Source: an uncultured virus (IMG/VR IMGVR_UViG_3300002835_000117) (taxonomy: Duplodnaviria; Heunggongvirae; Uroviricota; Caudoviricetes). Taken from it: a DNA stretch of 64,000 nt. How positions within the stretch are numbered: position 1 is the first letter of the stretch; every line of letters begins with the position of its first letter. The stretch lies in IMG/VR virus record IMGVR_UViG_3300002835_000117; one strand, 5' to 3'. The notes beneath the pieces were generated by a model. That model was not told the origin of the DNA, searched no databases, and saw nothing but the letters and a program-made list of their open reading frames with translations. The position numbers and the translations under genes were made by a program. Positions 1-11,400 of the stretch are shown one piece after another.

Positions 1-1300
1 TCTGAATAATTTGTTGTAACGATGATATTTGTATTAGCAGTAGCCGCAGTTAGTTCTTCATATGAAGTAACTTCTCCATAATTGGTTGTGGCGATGATTG
101 CTGTAGTTTCATCGTATACTGTGTTTTCTGAATAATTAGTTGTGGCTCCTATGTTCGTTACAACTACTGTAGTTTCGTCATATACTGTGTTCTCTGAATA
201 ATTTGTTGTAACGATGATATTTGTATTAGCAGTAGCCGCAGTTAGTTCTTCATATGAAGTAACTTCTCCATAATTGGTTGTGGCGATGATTGCTGTAGTT
301 TCATCGTATACTGTGTTTTCTGAATAATTAGTTGTGGCTCCTATGTTCGTTACAACTACTGTAGTTTCGTCATATACTGTGTTCTCTGAATAATTTGTTG
401 TAACGATGATATTTGTATTAGCAGTAGCCGCAGTTAGTTCTTCATATGAAGTAACTTCTCCATAATTGGTTGTGGCGATAATTGCTGTAGTTTCATCGTA
501 TACTGTGTTCTCGGTGTAGTTAGTTAAAGCCCCAATATTAGTAATTGCTATAGTATTTTCATCATAAACTGTGTTTTCTGAGTAATTAGTTAATGCAATA
601 ATATTAGTGATAGCCACTGTTGTTTCGTCATATACTGTGTTTTCTGAATAATTTGTTGTAACGATGATATTTGTATTAGCAGTAGCCGCAGTTAGTTCTT
701 CATATGAAGTAACTTCTCCATAATTGGTTGTGGCGATAATTGCTGTAGTTTCGTCATAAACAGTATTTTCAGTATAATTAGTTGTGGCTCCAATGTTAGT
801 TATAACCACGGTAGTTTCATCGTATACTGTGTTTTCCGAGTAATTTGTAGTAACGACGATATTAGTATTGGCCGTAGCAGCAGTTAACTCGTTGTAAGAT
901 GTTACTTCTCCATAATTAGTTGTTGCACCAATTGCTGTTGTTTCATCGTATACTGTGTTTTCGGTATAGTTAGTTAAAGCAATAATATTAGTGATAGCCA
1001 CTGTTGTTTCATCATAAACAGTGTTCTCTGAATAATTTGTTGTGACAATGATATTTGTATTAGCAGTGGCAGCAGTTAGTTCTTCATAGGCAGTGTTGAC
1101 CAAATAATTTGTTGTTGCAGCAATGTTAGTTGTTTCGTCATACACAGTTGTATCATTATAATTTGTTGTAACAATGATATTTGTGTTAGCAGTGGCAGCA
1201 GTTAGTTCATCATAGGCAGTGTTGACCAAATAATTTGTTGTTGCAGCAATGTTAGTTGTTTCGTCATACACAGTTGTATCTAAATAATTAGTTACAACTA
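1..1300. repeat. Hierarchical coding tandem repeat: 192-bp (64-aa) units built from ~21-22-aa subunits
   Basis: tctgaataatttgttgtaacgatg recurs at 1, 193 and 385 with essentially identical intervening sequence; more diverged copies continue to ~1300. Confidence 0.9.
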
Positions 1301-1604
1301 TGGTGTTTTCATCTACAGCAGAGATTTCATCATAGACAGTATTTTCATTATATAAAGTATTAACAAGATAATTTGTTATAGCCGGTATGTTAGTATTAAC
1401 TACCGTTATTTCATCGTAAATTGTATTTTCAGAATAATTTGTGGTTACGAGCCAATTTGTCGTAGCCAAAATATTGGTATTTGCAAGGGTTAGTTCTTCA
1501 TAGTTTGTTGAAACAGCAGTAATTTCATCATATTGTGTAACTACATTGTAATACGTGATAAATTCCGTATTCCACTTAACTAATTCCCAGAAAGCAAATC
1601 TCAT
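1..1604 (-). CDS. Thr-rich tandem-repeat protein, 3'-truncated by window start (>534 aa); probable virion fibre/surface protein
   Basis: ATG at 1604-1602 overlaps the TGA of the upstream gene (ATGA). Reads MRFAFWELVKWNTEFITYYNVVTQYDE... and is in frame with the repeats (TTNYSENTVYDETT...) at position 1. Absent from the ORF track because there is no stop in the window. Confidence 0.85.
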   Translation of the reverse strand, partial: MRFAFWELVKWNTEFITYYNVVTQYDEITAVSTNYEELTLANTNILATTNWLVTTNYSENTIYDEITVVNTNIPAITNYLVNTLYNENTVYDEISAVDENTIVVTNYLDTTVYDETTNIAATTNYLVNTAYDELTAATANTNIIVTTNYNDTTVYDETTNIAATTNYLVNTAYEELTAATANTNIIVTTNYSENTVYDETTVAITNIIALTNYTENTVYDETTAIGATTNYGEVTSYNELTAATANTNIVVTTNYSENTVYDETTVVITNIGATTNYTENTVYDETTAIIATTNYGEVTSYEELTAATANTNIIVTTNYSENTVYDETTVAITNIIALTNYSENTVYDENTIAITNIGALTNYTENTVYDETTAIIATTNYGEVTSYEELTAATANTNIIVTTNYSENTVYDETTVVVTNIGATTNYSENTVYDETTAIIATTNYGEVTSYEELTAATANTNIIVTTNYSENTVYDETTVVVTNIGATTNYSENTVYDETTAIIATTNYGEVTSYEELTAATANTNIIVTTNYS

Positions 1605-2092
1605 GAAAAGTTTCCAATGTAATTTATTACAACAGTATTAGTAGATACAACGTAATACGTAATTAAAGATAATGAATTAGAAGTGGTAGATTGTACAATC
1701 GTTCTTCCTCCGGGGGTCTTCATTTCAGATGCTTTAGTAAAGACCCAGCCACCTGTAGCATTTTGTTGCATTATTACATATCCAGATGCACCTATATTAC
1801 TTGATATATTAGTCAATGAAAAAGTTACATTCTTATCTAATACTATGTAAAAATTATTTGCCACTGATAAATCTAAAACAGTAGTTGTTGAAGCCGAAAT
1901 AGTAGTTTGAATCTGTCTTAACCCATTAGTTGAAAGGGTTCCGCCTACCCAAGCATCACGCCGAATTCCTACTCCGCCTGCAACTTGCAATGCTCCTGTA
2001 GTAGTTGAAGTTGAATTTGTTGTTCCTAATATTGTAGCCGTCGTTGTCACAACGAGGCCATTTTTTACTCTAAAATCGATATTTTCCGCCAT
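1601..2092 (-). CDS. Small tail-fibre-associated protein
   Basis: N-terminal DFRVKNGL motif and one STTTGALQVAGGVGI repeat shared with neighbouring fibre-like genes. Confidence 0.6.
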   Translation of the reverse strand: MAENIDFRVKNGLVVTTTATILGTTNSTSTTTGALQVAGGVGIRRDAWVGGTLSTNGLRQIQTTISASTTTVLDLSVANNFYIVLDKNVTFSLTNISSNIGASGYVIMQQNATGGWVFTKASEMKTPGGRTIVQSTTSNSLSLITYYVVSTNTVVINYIGNFS

Positions 2093-2129
2093 TAGTTTCC
2101 CTTTCCACGTAACGGCTAGTTACTTTTGA

Positions 2130-2137
2130 TATTTATT
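2130..2137 (-). promoter_or_regulatory. T4-type late promoter core (AATAAATA)
   Basis: Intergenic near-match to the gp55-dependent TATAAATA box upstream of 1601..2092. Confidence 0.5.
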
Positions 2138-2141
2138 TTGG

Positions 2142-5036
2142 TTAAGTGGTCAACGATAATCTTGTTAGTTTAATAACGTGTGATGTTGTTGTGTTTGCTG
2201 CCCAAGTTAACGTTAAATTGCCTCCTGTATAGGTAGCATCAAAAGTGCCCAATTGACCGCTGTTGGTTAAAATTCCATATTCGTTAATATATGCATAAGT
2301 TCCATCATGCATTATACTAATTTCACTTACATGAATAGATTTTGTTGGAGTTGTCTCCATTGTTACCTGGCAGTAGTATTTTGCCGATCTATATGTAGTT
2401 CCACTAAAACTATCTAAGTTTTGTGTTGCAATACTTGTAATTGGATTGCTGGTCCAACTTGCTAATAAAGTATTATTAAAGAAGAATCCGTTTACTGTAG
2501 ATCCTGTTGTAGCAGACTGTGTTGCACCTGCTGTAATTAATCCACCTGCATAAACATCTTTTACGACACTTAGACCACCGCTAATTCTTACTGCACCATC
2601 ATTTGTTGCTACAGCATTTGTGGTATTAGTAAAGTTAGAAATTCCTGTTGCTGTCAACGTTGTTGCAGTAGTATTTCCAGCAATTACCAATGCACCGCCA
2701 ATGTCAACTCTTCCAGTTCCAGGATTTACTGTTACGCTACTAGTTGTGTAGAATGATTCAGCAGTGGCACTAGCGTTATTACTATCGACAAAAGTTAGAT
2801 AGTGTGTGGCATTTGTTATTCTTTCAATTGTATTAAGAGAACTTGCAGTAGTTACAGAACCAATAATTGTTCCGTAAATACTTCCGCCAACATATAAGTT
2901 ACCACCAATACCTGCACCACCATAAACTTGCAAAGCACCAGAATTTGTCGAAGTTGCTGCTGTGGTATTTGTAACTGTAAATTGATTAGATACTCTAGTA
3001 TACCCTGTTGAAGCCCCAATAGTTATTGCTGTTGCTGCACCACCAAAATTAATAGTTGTAGCAGTAGTGTTAACAAGGTTAAATGTTGTTTGATTTGTAT
3101 AAAGATCGCCACCATTAACAAATACATCGCCTGAAGCAACAATGCTTCCACCGGCTGTAATTGTTTGTCCTACAAATAAGTGTTTACCAATTCCGGCTCC
3201 ACCAACAACTTGTAATGCACCAGTGGCTGTACTTGATGCATCAGTTTCATTGAAAACATCAAGTATTCCTCCAATATTCACAGCACCGCCAATACCAACT
3301 CCACCTGCTACTTGTAAGGCACCGGTAGTTGTATTAGAACTTGCGGTAGTATCGGCTAAAATAATTCCGCCTGTTTTAAAAATACCGTAAGTAGTTCCAG
3401 TATATACACCGGTGGATAAATTTTCACTGCCGTTACTAAACCACTCTAAGTATTTGCTGGTATTGTTGATTCCTAAAAATGCATCTTTGTCTGCACTATC
3501 GTAATAATGGAATACAAATCCAATATCTTTACCGTCATTGACTGTCCAAGCATGATCAATTCCTGTACTTCCTGCAGGTGCATGAATATTTAGAATATTA
3601 TCTGTGTAGACAGTATTGGTACTGTACACAAATGTAGATGTTCCAGAAAAAACTACATTATTATTAAATACCGCAGGGCCTGTTACGTATAAACTACTTC
3701 CAATACCCACACCCCCTGCTACATACAAAGCGTTGGTAGCAACGGTTGTAGTGCTGGCAGTCAAATCTAAAATATCAACGGATCCGCCAACAACTAGATC
3801 TCTACCAATCCCTGCGCCGCCGCGAACTTGTAACGCACCCGTCAATGTCGAAGTTGCGTTTGTTGTATCAGTTACAGTAAATTGATTTCTAACTCTGGTA
3901 TATCCACTGCCGTTTGCACCAATTGTAATGGCTGTACCTAAGTCGCCAATATTAATTGTAGTTGCAGTTTGAGGTAAAATATTAAATGTGGTTGCTGTAC
4001 TGTATAAGTTGCCCCCGTTGACCGTTAGATTTCCAGAAATAATTTCATATCCTAAAATATGAGAATTATTTCCTACTACTATATCTTTCCCAACTCCTAT
4101 ACCACCTACTACCTGTAATGCACCTGTGGCAGTAGATCCTGCATTGGTTGTGCCATTAATTTTAGCGTTATCAACATTGAATGTATTACTGGTGTAATTA
4201 TATTCAAATCCTGCTTCGAATGCTGTAGATCCAGCACCTGTTTGATAAGGAATTTGATACTGTGCGCCACCTGCTATGTTAGATGCTGTGGAAGCATTAC
4301 CTGCAACTAACGAACCAGTACTGACCCATGTTGCTGTTGTTCCGTTCGATTGTAAAAGAAACCCAGCAGTTCCAATCGCAATAAAATCTGTAACTCCAGG
4401 ATTTCTTTGGTATGGAATACTTCCTGTTGCGCCGCCGGCTAAGTTACTTGCAGTAGTTATACTTCCAGTTATACTACCACCAACAAATAAATTACCACCA
4501 ATACCAACACCGCCTACTACTGTCAATGCACCAGTTGTTGTAGATGTTGATTGTGTATTATTTGTTATATTTGTAATACCGCTAGCAGTTAGTGTTGTAA
4601 CTGTGGTAGCAGCACCAGAAATAGCACCTAATGTGCTTTGACCTGTTACGTTTAATGTTCCGCTAGCAGTTAAATTTGTAACTGTGGTAACAGTAGCATT
4701 TACAGCACCTAATGTGCTTTGACCTGTTACGTTTAATGTTCCGCTAGCAGTTAAATTTGTAACTGTGGTAACAGTAGCATTTACAGCACCTAAAGTGCTT
4801 TGCCCTGTTACTGTTAATGCTGTTGCTGTAGTTACCTGCAGTCGTGTTCCGCCACTAACAGTCAATGCACCGTAAATATCCGCTTGTTGCCCTACAATTA
4901 AATTTTTAGCAACCCCTGCTCCGCCGTCGACTTGTAAAGCCGCAGTATTACCAGTCGATGAAGTTACTGTCGAAGTTCCTAGAACAGTTAAACCGGATTT
5001 TACAAAAAAATCTCTTTGAACTGATGTTAACGACAT
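2142..5036 (-). CDS. Tail fibre-like protein with STxTGALxVxGGxGI repeats
   Basis: About 8 copies of the GAL(Q/T/Y)VxGGxGI repeat, Thr/Gly-rich; C-terminal DSF...YRSAKY domain shared with 5052..6068. Confidence 0.7.
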   Translation of the reverse strand: MSLTSVQRDFFVKSGLTVLGTSTVTSSTGNTAALQVDGGAGVAKNLIVGQQADIYGALTVSGGTRLQVTTATALTVTGQSTLGAVNATVTTVTNLTASGTLNVTGQSTLGAVNATVTTVTNLTASGTLNVTGQSTLGAISGAATTVTTLTASGITNITNNTQSTSTTTGALTVVGGVGIGGNLFVGGSITGSITTASNLAGGATGSIPYQRNPGVTDFIAIGTAGFLLQSNGTTATWVSTGSLVAGNASTASNIAGGAQYQIPYQTGAGSTAFEAGFEYNYTSNTFNVDNAKINGTTNAGSTATGALQVVGGIGVGKDIVVGNNSHILGYEIISGNLTVNGGNLYSTATTFNILPQTATTINIGDLGTAITIGANGSGYTRVRNQFTVTDTTNATSTLTGALQVRGGAGIGRDLVVGGSVDILDLTASTTTVATNALYVAGGVGIGSSLYVTGPAVFNNNVVFSGTSTFVYSTNTVYTDNILNIHAPAGSTGIDHAWTVNDGKDIGFVFHYYDSADKDAFLGINNTSKYLEWFSNGSENLSTGVYTGTTYGIFKTGGIILADTTASSNTTTGALQVAGGVGIGGAVNIGGILDVFNETDASSTATGALQVVGGAGIGKHLFVGQTITAGGSIVASGDVFVNGGDLYTNQTTFNLVNTTATTINFGGAATAITIGASTGYTRVSNQFTVTNTTAATSTNSGALQVYGGAGIGGNLYVGGSIYGTIIGSVTTASSLNTIERITNATHYLTFVDSNNASATAESFYTTSSVTVNPGTGRVDIGGALVIAGNTTATTLTATGISNFTNTTNAVATNDGAVRISGGLSVVKDVYAGGLITAGATQSATTGSTVNGFFFNNTLLASWTSNPITSIATQNLDSFSGTTYRSAKYYCQVTMETTPTKSIHVSEISIMHDGTYAYINEYGILTNSGQLGTFDATYTGGNLTLTWAANTTTSHVIKLTRLSLTT
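4623..4793. repeat. Exact 81-bp tandem duplication (27 aa: GQSTLGAVNATVTTVTNLTASGTLNVT)
   Basis: agcacctaa starts at 4623, 4704 and 4785 with identical intervening sequence. Confidence 0.9.
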
Positions 5037-5051
5037 AGTGTTTTTATTCCT

Positions 5052-6068
5052 TTAGGTTGTTATTCCTGTCCTCAATACCTTAATTGTTTTATTTGTCGCT
5101 GTATTTGCAGTAAAATACAAATTAACAACACCACCCACAAATTCTGTATCAAAATTTCCTAAATATCCATTCGAGGTGACTACACCATATTCAGTTGCAA
5201 AGACATTTCCATTGTTATCTGCTACTAATAAAATTTCAATTAATTCGAAATCTGCTCCTGATCCAGTGCCCTCATCTATTTGAATTAAATATTTCGCTCC
5301 TCTATACTGCTGTGTGTTATAACTATCTATTATTGTCGGATCATCTGTATTTACCAAAGTTTTTGTAGAATCAAGAACTGCATCTGCAATTTGAATTGAT
5401 TCGGCATTTAATCTTCCACCTAAACCAATACCTCCTGATACAATCAACGCTCCAGTATCAGTAGTTGTACTGTTTGTTGTGTTTAAGACTTTAATTATAT
5501 TTGTAGTAGAATTTCCTCGATCAGTTACTGATTGTAATGTAGAAATATTATTAATAATCAGGTACGTCATAGTTCCTGTAGATTCAGTAACGATATCTAT
5601 GTCATCACCGTCTTGGAATCCTTCTGCAAAAGTAGAACTAGTTAATACTGGTTGACCGCCAGAATACAAAATTCCACCTAAATATAGATCTCCGCTAATT
5701 GCAGCACCACCAGTAACTACTAGAGCACCCGATGATGTATTAGTTGATGGAATTCCGCTTGTTACATACAAAGTTTCAAAACTTCCACTTGAGTATATGA
5801 TTGTCGAATTTGTCGAAGTTGAAACAATATTTCCGCCAATGTATAAATTTCCGCCGGCACCTATTCCGCCGGATACTATTAATGCACCACTAGTTGTATT
5901 AACAGATTGAGAATTTGATGTTGTAATAATAGTTCCGGTAGAATTAACCGTAGATGCACTAACATTTGATCTTAAAATTAACCAAGCCGTACCGTTCCAG
6001 ATATATGTTGTACTACCTATTACATAGGTATCTCCGATTTGAGGATTTGATGGGAAACCTAATGGCAT
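5052..6068 (-). CDS. Tail fibre-like protein
   Basis: N-terminal FPSNPQIGDTY...YIWNGTAW motif, three GALxVxGG repeats, C-terminal YRGAKY domain paralogous to 2142..5036. Confidence 0.65.
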   Translation of the reverse strand: MPLGFPSNPQIGDTYVIGSTTYIWNGTAWLILRSNVSASTVNSTGTIITTSNSQSVNTTSGALIVSGGIGAGGNLYIGGNIVSTSTNSTIIYSSGSFETLYVTSGIPSTNTSSGALVVTGGAAISGDLYLGGILYSGGQPVLTSSTFAEGFQDGDDIDIVTESTGTMTYLIINNISTLQSVTDRGNSTTNIIKVLNTTNSTTTDTGALIVSGGIGLGGRLNAESIQIADAVLDSTKTLVNTDDPTIIDSYNTQQYRGAKYLIQIDEGTGSGADFELIEILLVADNNGNVFATEYGVVTSNGYLGNFDTEFVGGVVNLYFTANTATNKTIKVLRTGITT

Positions 6069-6077
6069 TTTTATTCC

Positions 6078-8051
6078 TTACGTAATTTGAACCCAAATTC
6101 TGTTAGACCCGTCTTTAACATACTGTAAAACATACGGTCCTGTTGGATCTATCCAGAAATCTCCAATTCTTGGATTTAATGGAGCAGTTGTTGAAACTTC
6201 AGACTTCGGAGTGTAAAGTAGTAAGTTTTCGTCGGGATGCCCGGTTCTTGAATACACATCGCCTCTTATTCCTACTCCGCCTGCAACTGTTAACGCTCCT
6301 GTTGTTGTAGAAGTTGAAGTTGCTGAAGAAGTTACATTAACAGTACCGCTTTCTAAACTTGTAAAATATGCAGAATCGGGATCATTTGCTCCAATAACAA
6401 TATTATCGATGTTTCCAGTTGCATTTGGTCTGATATCAACTGTTCCGCCTGCAGAAGGCTTAATAGTAACAGTTGCACCAGATGGACTTATATCGACATC
6501 AGATGTACCACCGACATTAAGTCCTCCACTAATCCCAACGCCTCCAGTAACTACTAAACTTCCGTTATTTGATGTAGTCGAAATAACGCCAGAATTTAAA
6601 AATAAATTTCCAACTGTTTGTGTAACATAACCTGACGGACTTTCTATAGTAAAATCAGTAGAGTTATACGACTTTAGTGTTACTGTTCCTAGATAAAGAG
6701 TTGATCCAATTAAGTATAAACTATTAAACGGATTGTTTGCTGTTCCAAGATTTACTGTAGAATTTCCTGGAATTAAATTTTTATAAAATGTGCTAGTTCC
6801 AAAAACATTAAATTCTTCACCAACAAATAGATTTCTTTGAACCGCTGCACCACCTATTACTCTTAAACCTCCGGAAGTTGTTCCTGTCGACTGTGTTCCA
6901 ATACCAATTTCTGCATTTGCATTAATATTAGTAGTACCTGTTCCATCATAATAGAATACACTACCAATAGCAATTTGATTATCTCGCTTGTCTACTAAGT
7001 TGTCGCTTGCAATAGAAATTATACCACTTCCTTCGGTAATATTTTGTGCAACATCACTGCCTATAAACAGATTGTTAGAACCTGTTATTAAATTTTTAGC
7101 AATCTTATCACCAAAGAAGAAATTTTTTGTTCCATCTATTAATTTTTCAGCAGCACTATTTCCTATTGCAATGTTGTTATTTCTTTGTAAAATTTTTCCA
7201 ACAGTACCGCCACTGACATACGATGAAAAGCCAGTTCCGTTTAACGAAGTAGATAAAATGTTGTTTGTATATAATGCTAATTCATTATTGTTAACTGCAT
7301 CTACCCAATAATCATTATTATTGAGTTCGGTCATTCCCACAACATTTTCTATAAGAACATGTGTACCAGTAACAACATTATGCCCAATTACTTCAATTAT
7401 CACCGGATTAGTATTTGTTGCCGAAGTAATATTTCCAATAAATTGTTCGTGCAACACTCCAATTTCTTTTAATGCACTGTCACCTATGGCAATAATATTA
7501 TTAATATCTGTACCTGAACTAACTGCATATCTACCTATTGCTATAACTTTGTTTGCAGTTTCTAGTCCATCTACAGTGCCGTGACCGATAGCAATTACCT
7601 GTTGTCCATTATTAAAATCATTACCTGGTGTTGTTGCTGTTCCTTTGAATACAATGTTGTTCCAACCTTGAAATTCATTTTCAATATTCCATCCTGCACC
7701 AATTTGTAATTTATTAACTACTAAATCTTTTCCAACATGCATGTTTAAGCCAACACCAAGGCTTCCTTCGACGACCAGTGTTGCACTTTGAGTAGAAGTT
7801 GAATAGTACGTTGACCCTGTTTGCAATACTCTAATTACACCCTCAGGCAATGCACTTCTCATGCTAGCAGTATTAAATTCAATAAACCCAAGACTTGATC
7901 TATAAGTAGTTCTTAATAAACTATCAGTAACAATAGTAAATCCTGTGTCAATAGTTTCTGTTGGTGGGAGTTGAGGCATCGCTCCTTTTAGATCGATAAA
8001 TTCTCCGCTTCCACCACGTCTTAATGTTGATCCACTTAATAATCTTGGCAT
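6078..8051 (-). CDS. Tail fibre/adhesin-like protein with xIAIG repeats and an E1-FCCH-like beta domain
   Basis: Repeated (V/I/N)IAIG motifs typical of trimeric beta-roll adhesins; segment ITSATNTNPVIIEVIGH...VVGMTELNN resembles the FCCH-like domain common in phage virion proteins; GALxVxGG repeats. Confidence 0.6.
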   Translation of the reverse strand: MPRLLSGSTLRRGGSGEFIDLKGAMPQLPPTETIDTGFTIVTDSLLRTTYRSSLGFIEFNTASMRSALPEGVIRVLQTGSTYYSTSTQSATLVVEGSLGVGLNMHVGKDLVVNKLQIGAGWNIENEFQGWNNIVFKGTATTPGNDFNNGQQVIAIGHGTVDGLETANKVIAIGRYAVSSGTDINNIIAIGDSALKEIGVLHEQFIGNITSATNTNPVIIEVIGHNVVTGTHVLIENVVGMTELNNNDYWVDAVNNNELALYTNNILSTSLNGTGFSSYVSGGTVGKILQRNNNIAIGNSAAEKLIDGTKNFFFGDKIAKNLITGSNNLFIGSDVAQNITEGSGIISIASDNLVDKRDNQIAIGSVFYYDGTGTTNINANAEIGIGTQSTGTTSGGLRVIGGAAVQRNLFVGEEFNVFGTSTFYKNLIPGNSTVNLGTANNPFNSLYLIGSTLYLGTVTLKSYNSTDFTIESPSGYVTQTVGNLFLNSGVISTTSNNGSLVVTGGVGISGGLNVGGTSDVDISPSGATVTIKPSAGGTVDIRPNATGNIDNIVIGANDPDSAYFTSLESGTVNVTSSATSTSTTTGALTVAGGVGIRGDVYSRTGHPDENLLLYTPKSEVSTTAPLNPRIGDFWIDPTGPYVLQYVKDGSNRIWVQIT

Positions 8052-8067
8052 AATAAGTCTCTAAATA

Positions 8068-8451
8068 TTATTCATTAGCAGTTTCAAGTATACTTAAAAT
8101 TAACTGACAAGTTCCAGATGTTAATGCAGAAGCCCTAATACTGTCTAAACTTTCAATAATTAATTTTCCTGTTAATACACTAGCAGCATCGTTTTCTGGA
8201 ATTGCAAAATCTTTTACTAATGGTGATACAGTATTAGCAAGTTGTGATCCAAATCCTTGAGCATCGGCTAAAATTGGTAAATTTCTATAATGACTGACAT
8301 TAACATATTGCGTTGTAGTAGAAATATTAGAAATTTGTGCCATTAATACGATAGAAGTTACACCAACAGGTGCTGTGTAAACTGTTGCTGTAGTAATATC
8401 AGTTAATATTGCTGTTTTTGTTTTAAATGTGTTTAATGGAATTAATGCCAT
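8068..8451 (-). CDS. Small conserved-type virion protein (hypothetical)
   Basis: 127-aa ORF with AAGGA SD in the fibre operon; beta-rich composition. Confidence 0.6.
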   Translation of the reverse strand: MALIPLNTFKTKTAILTDITTATVYTAPVGVTSIVLMAQISNISTTTQYVNVSHYRNLPILADAQGFGSQLANTVSPLVKDFAIPENDAASVLTGKLIIESLDSIRASALTSGTCQLILSILETANE

Positions 8452-8461
8452 AATTTTTCCT

Positions 8462-11400
8462 TTATGTTCCGCCGCCTTCGATTGCTAATATAAACGGTGT
8501 CATATTTGCAAATAGAGATTTAGTAAATGTTCTACCACTTAATACACCAGTTGCTTGACTAATTACTAATCCCGGACCAATTCTAAAATCTCCGTTTTGA
8601 TCTGTGCTAGTAAAGAATACTTTACCGCCACTTAGTTGAACTGTTTCTTTTCCTTGAACTGGATCTGCTCGGCCTCTTTGTGGTAATGCTCCATAAGTTA
8701 CACCTGCACCAACATATTCAAACACATATCCACTAGCACTCATGTAACTACGTTGATAGAAATTTATAGTAGAACCGTCTGGGAATAAATCTGTTCTTCT
8801 TACGTTTTCTCCTAAATCAACTAAATGATGAGTACCATTTCTTGACCAATAACTTAACCCCGACATTACAGAATTATATCTACCTCCGGTTTCTAGATCG
8901 TAGACTAGTCTTCTTAGAATTAATTTAACGTCTCGTTGACATTTTTCTACAATCATATCATATGTACTTTGAGAAATACCGTTAAATATCGTTCCTGCAT
9001 ATGTATTAGTTGTATATGCCGATACCTCATCTGCTAAAAATTCTATATTCCTTGAAATTAAGGTAGCAGCATTACCTGCACCAAGAGGTTGAGTTCCTTT
9101 TTTATTTCTCAATCGTTCAGGTATAATTGCTTCTGCTGATGTCACGTTAGTAGCAGTTAAAATAGATAGTATTTCACCAAAACGTAGATTAATAAAGTTT
9201 GCAGCCTGACTACCACCTTTAACCATAGGATCTGGAGTATATGTTGTAGATGTGTTCAATGGTGTTATTGGTTGATTATCAATTACCTTTAATGTTAGGC
9301 TGTTTAAAAATCTAATAGCATCTGCATGTGGTTCAACTTGATCGTATACCAATCCTGTAGAAGCAGTCGAAAGTAAATTTATACCGTTTGTTTTAGGATT
9401 AACTGCTACATCGCTGCTTAATACTGTATAGTATGCGTTACCGCAGAAATACAAATCAAAGAAATTAGGATTGTTTGGGTCTCCCCCGCCACTAATTAAT
9501 GCTTTGTTCAATGTAACACTTCTATAACCTACATCTGTGACCACAGTACCGGTATCTGCATAGAATCGATTATTGTTTTGATCTCTGATATAGAGGCTAT
9601 TTCCTATAGCAATTCCTTCTGTATCTATATCTGTAATAACAATGGTTCCTGTTGTTAATGTAGATTTATTTGGAGCAGCATTTAAAAATCCAGGCAACAA
9701 TTGTTCGTTGAGATGTCCTTCTGGAGGCTCTACTTCCATAATTAACGATATATGAGGCCTATCTGCTAAATCAGGAATAAACACTTCTACTTTTGCTGCT
9801 TTTGGCCAATATCCGTCAGGGAAAAACTGATCAAAATCTGGATTCCTTGCGCCTGTGTTTGTATCAAATGCTTTTCCTGGAGGGTTGTAAATAGTTCCGC
9901 TAAATTTACGTTTACCAAATCCTTTAGATAGCAAACAAATGTCTCCGAAGTTTGCGTTACTGTTGACAATACTTGCAATGCCTCCGTTGTCTGTTTGAAC
10001 TCCTACGGAACAGAAAATTGTAAACACAGAAACTAACTGAGCATATCCGTCATTGGTAATATGAATACCTCTACCACCTTGATTTACCTGTGTAAAGGCG
10101 TCATAAACAAAAGATTGAATTGGACTGCGATCACTAATTACAGCGCCGTCTACTAAACTTCCACCCATGGATCCAATTGTATCAACTTTTCTTTGATTCC
10201 ATGTGCTTGTGTTTCCTGTAAGTTCAAAACTTAATTTTTCAACTTCTGCATCAGTATACGGGAATATTGTAGTATCACCAAAATATAAAGTAGCATTAGT
10301 ACCAAAACCTACAGTCGATGTATTCAATCCAATCAAATAAGTACCAGTAGATGCAGTATACACCGCAGTAACCTGTGGACTGATTATAACATCCGATCCA
10401 TTTAAGCCGGTAAGTGCAAATAAGCCCCCACCGGCATACACAGGAGGAGCATATTGTGGTCCTTTTTCGATAATTGTTGTTATGATATTAAAATTTCGTT
10501 TAATTGCTTCTTGAGGACCGTATTCGTATCCATAATCAAAGAACAAATTAATTACTTGAGTAGCATCTGTATTAGTTTGAGGTGTAATTACTTCGTTGGC
10601 TGCGGTCATAGTGCTTAAGAAAGACACATAATTAATAGCCAATGTAGTTGTAGTAACTTGTCCCGAAACATAATTATAACCAGCACTCCAATATGCAAGA
10701 CCGGCTTCAACGCTCTTTTGATTTCCGCCTAATAATATATCTTGGCTTACTGCATCAATTAACAACCCGATATCTCTGTAGCATTTTGCTTCATCATAAT
10801 TGAATGCAGTTGGATTATATGTTTGATCAATATAAGCAATAACTTCTTCAACTAAAAATTCTTTATTAGCATAAAGATTGTCAAATGCTTCTAATACATT
10901 TGTCACTGTACTAGCAGTAAATGCAATTGATTGAGGAGGTAATGCTACTGCCGATGTTCCAGTTATAATTCCGTTAATTACATTAATTGCAGAATTTAAT
11001 ATTGCAGATTCAGAAACTGTAGCAGTTACTTGAGTAAACACCTGCTTTACTTTGTTTTGTTTTGGTGTTACAGGAATATTTTGAATTACTTGATTACTTA
11101 ACAGAGATAGATATTCAAATGCTTCTATAGTTTGTGATTGCTGTGCTTCAACAGATGATGTTGTTACACTAAATCCATAATAATAAAGTCCATTTTGAAT
11201 ACTTTGTCTATTACCACCGTGTAATAAATCAAAAGCAACTGCATCAATAATATATCCAACGTCTCGCTGGCAAGTTGCTGTGTTATAGACAAAGCCTGTT
11301 CCTGAAGTTACATAATCTACGTATGCAGTAACTTCATTGGCCATGTAATCAATGTTTGATCTTAAATTATTTGTAGCATTTTGTACTGATAAGAAATTAC

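Noticed and set aside
1..1300. CRISPR array or non-coding repeat array
   Set aside because: Repeats are in-frame multiples of 3 within an open minus-strand ORF, vary mostly at synonymous positions and have no unique spacers.
3142..7584. Plus-strand ORFs antisense to fibre genes (3142, 3616, 4276, 6409, 6988, 7321)
   Set aside because: Shadow ORFs from Thr/Gly/Val codon bias; no SD or recognisable content.
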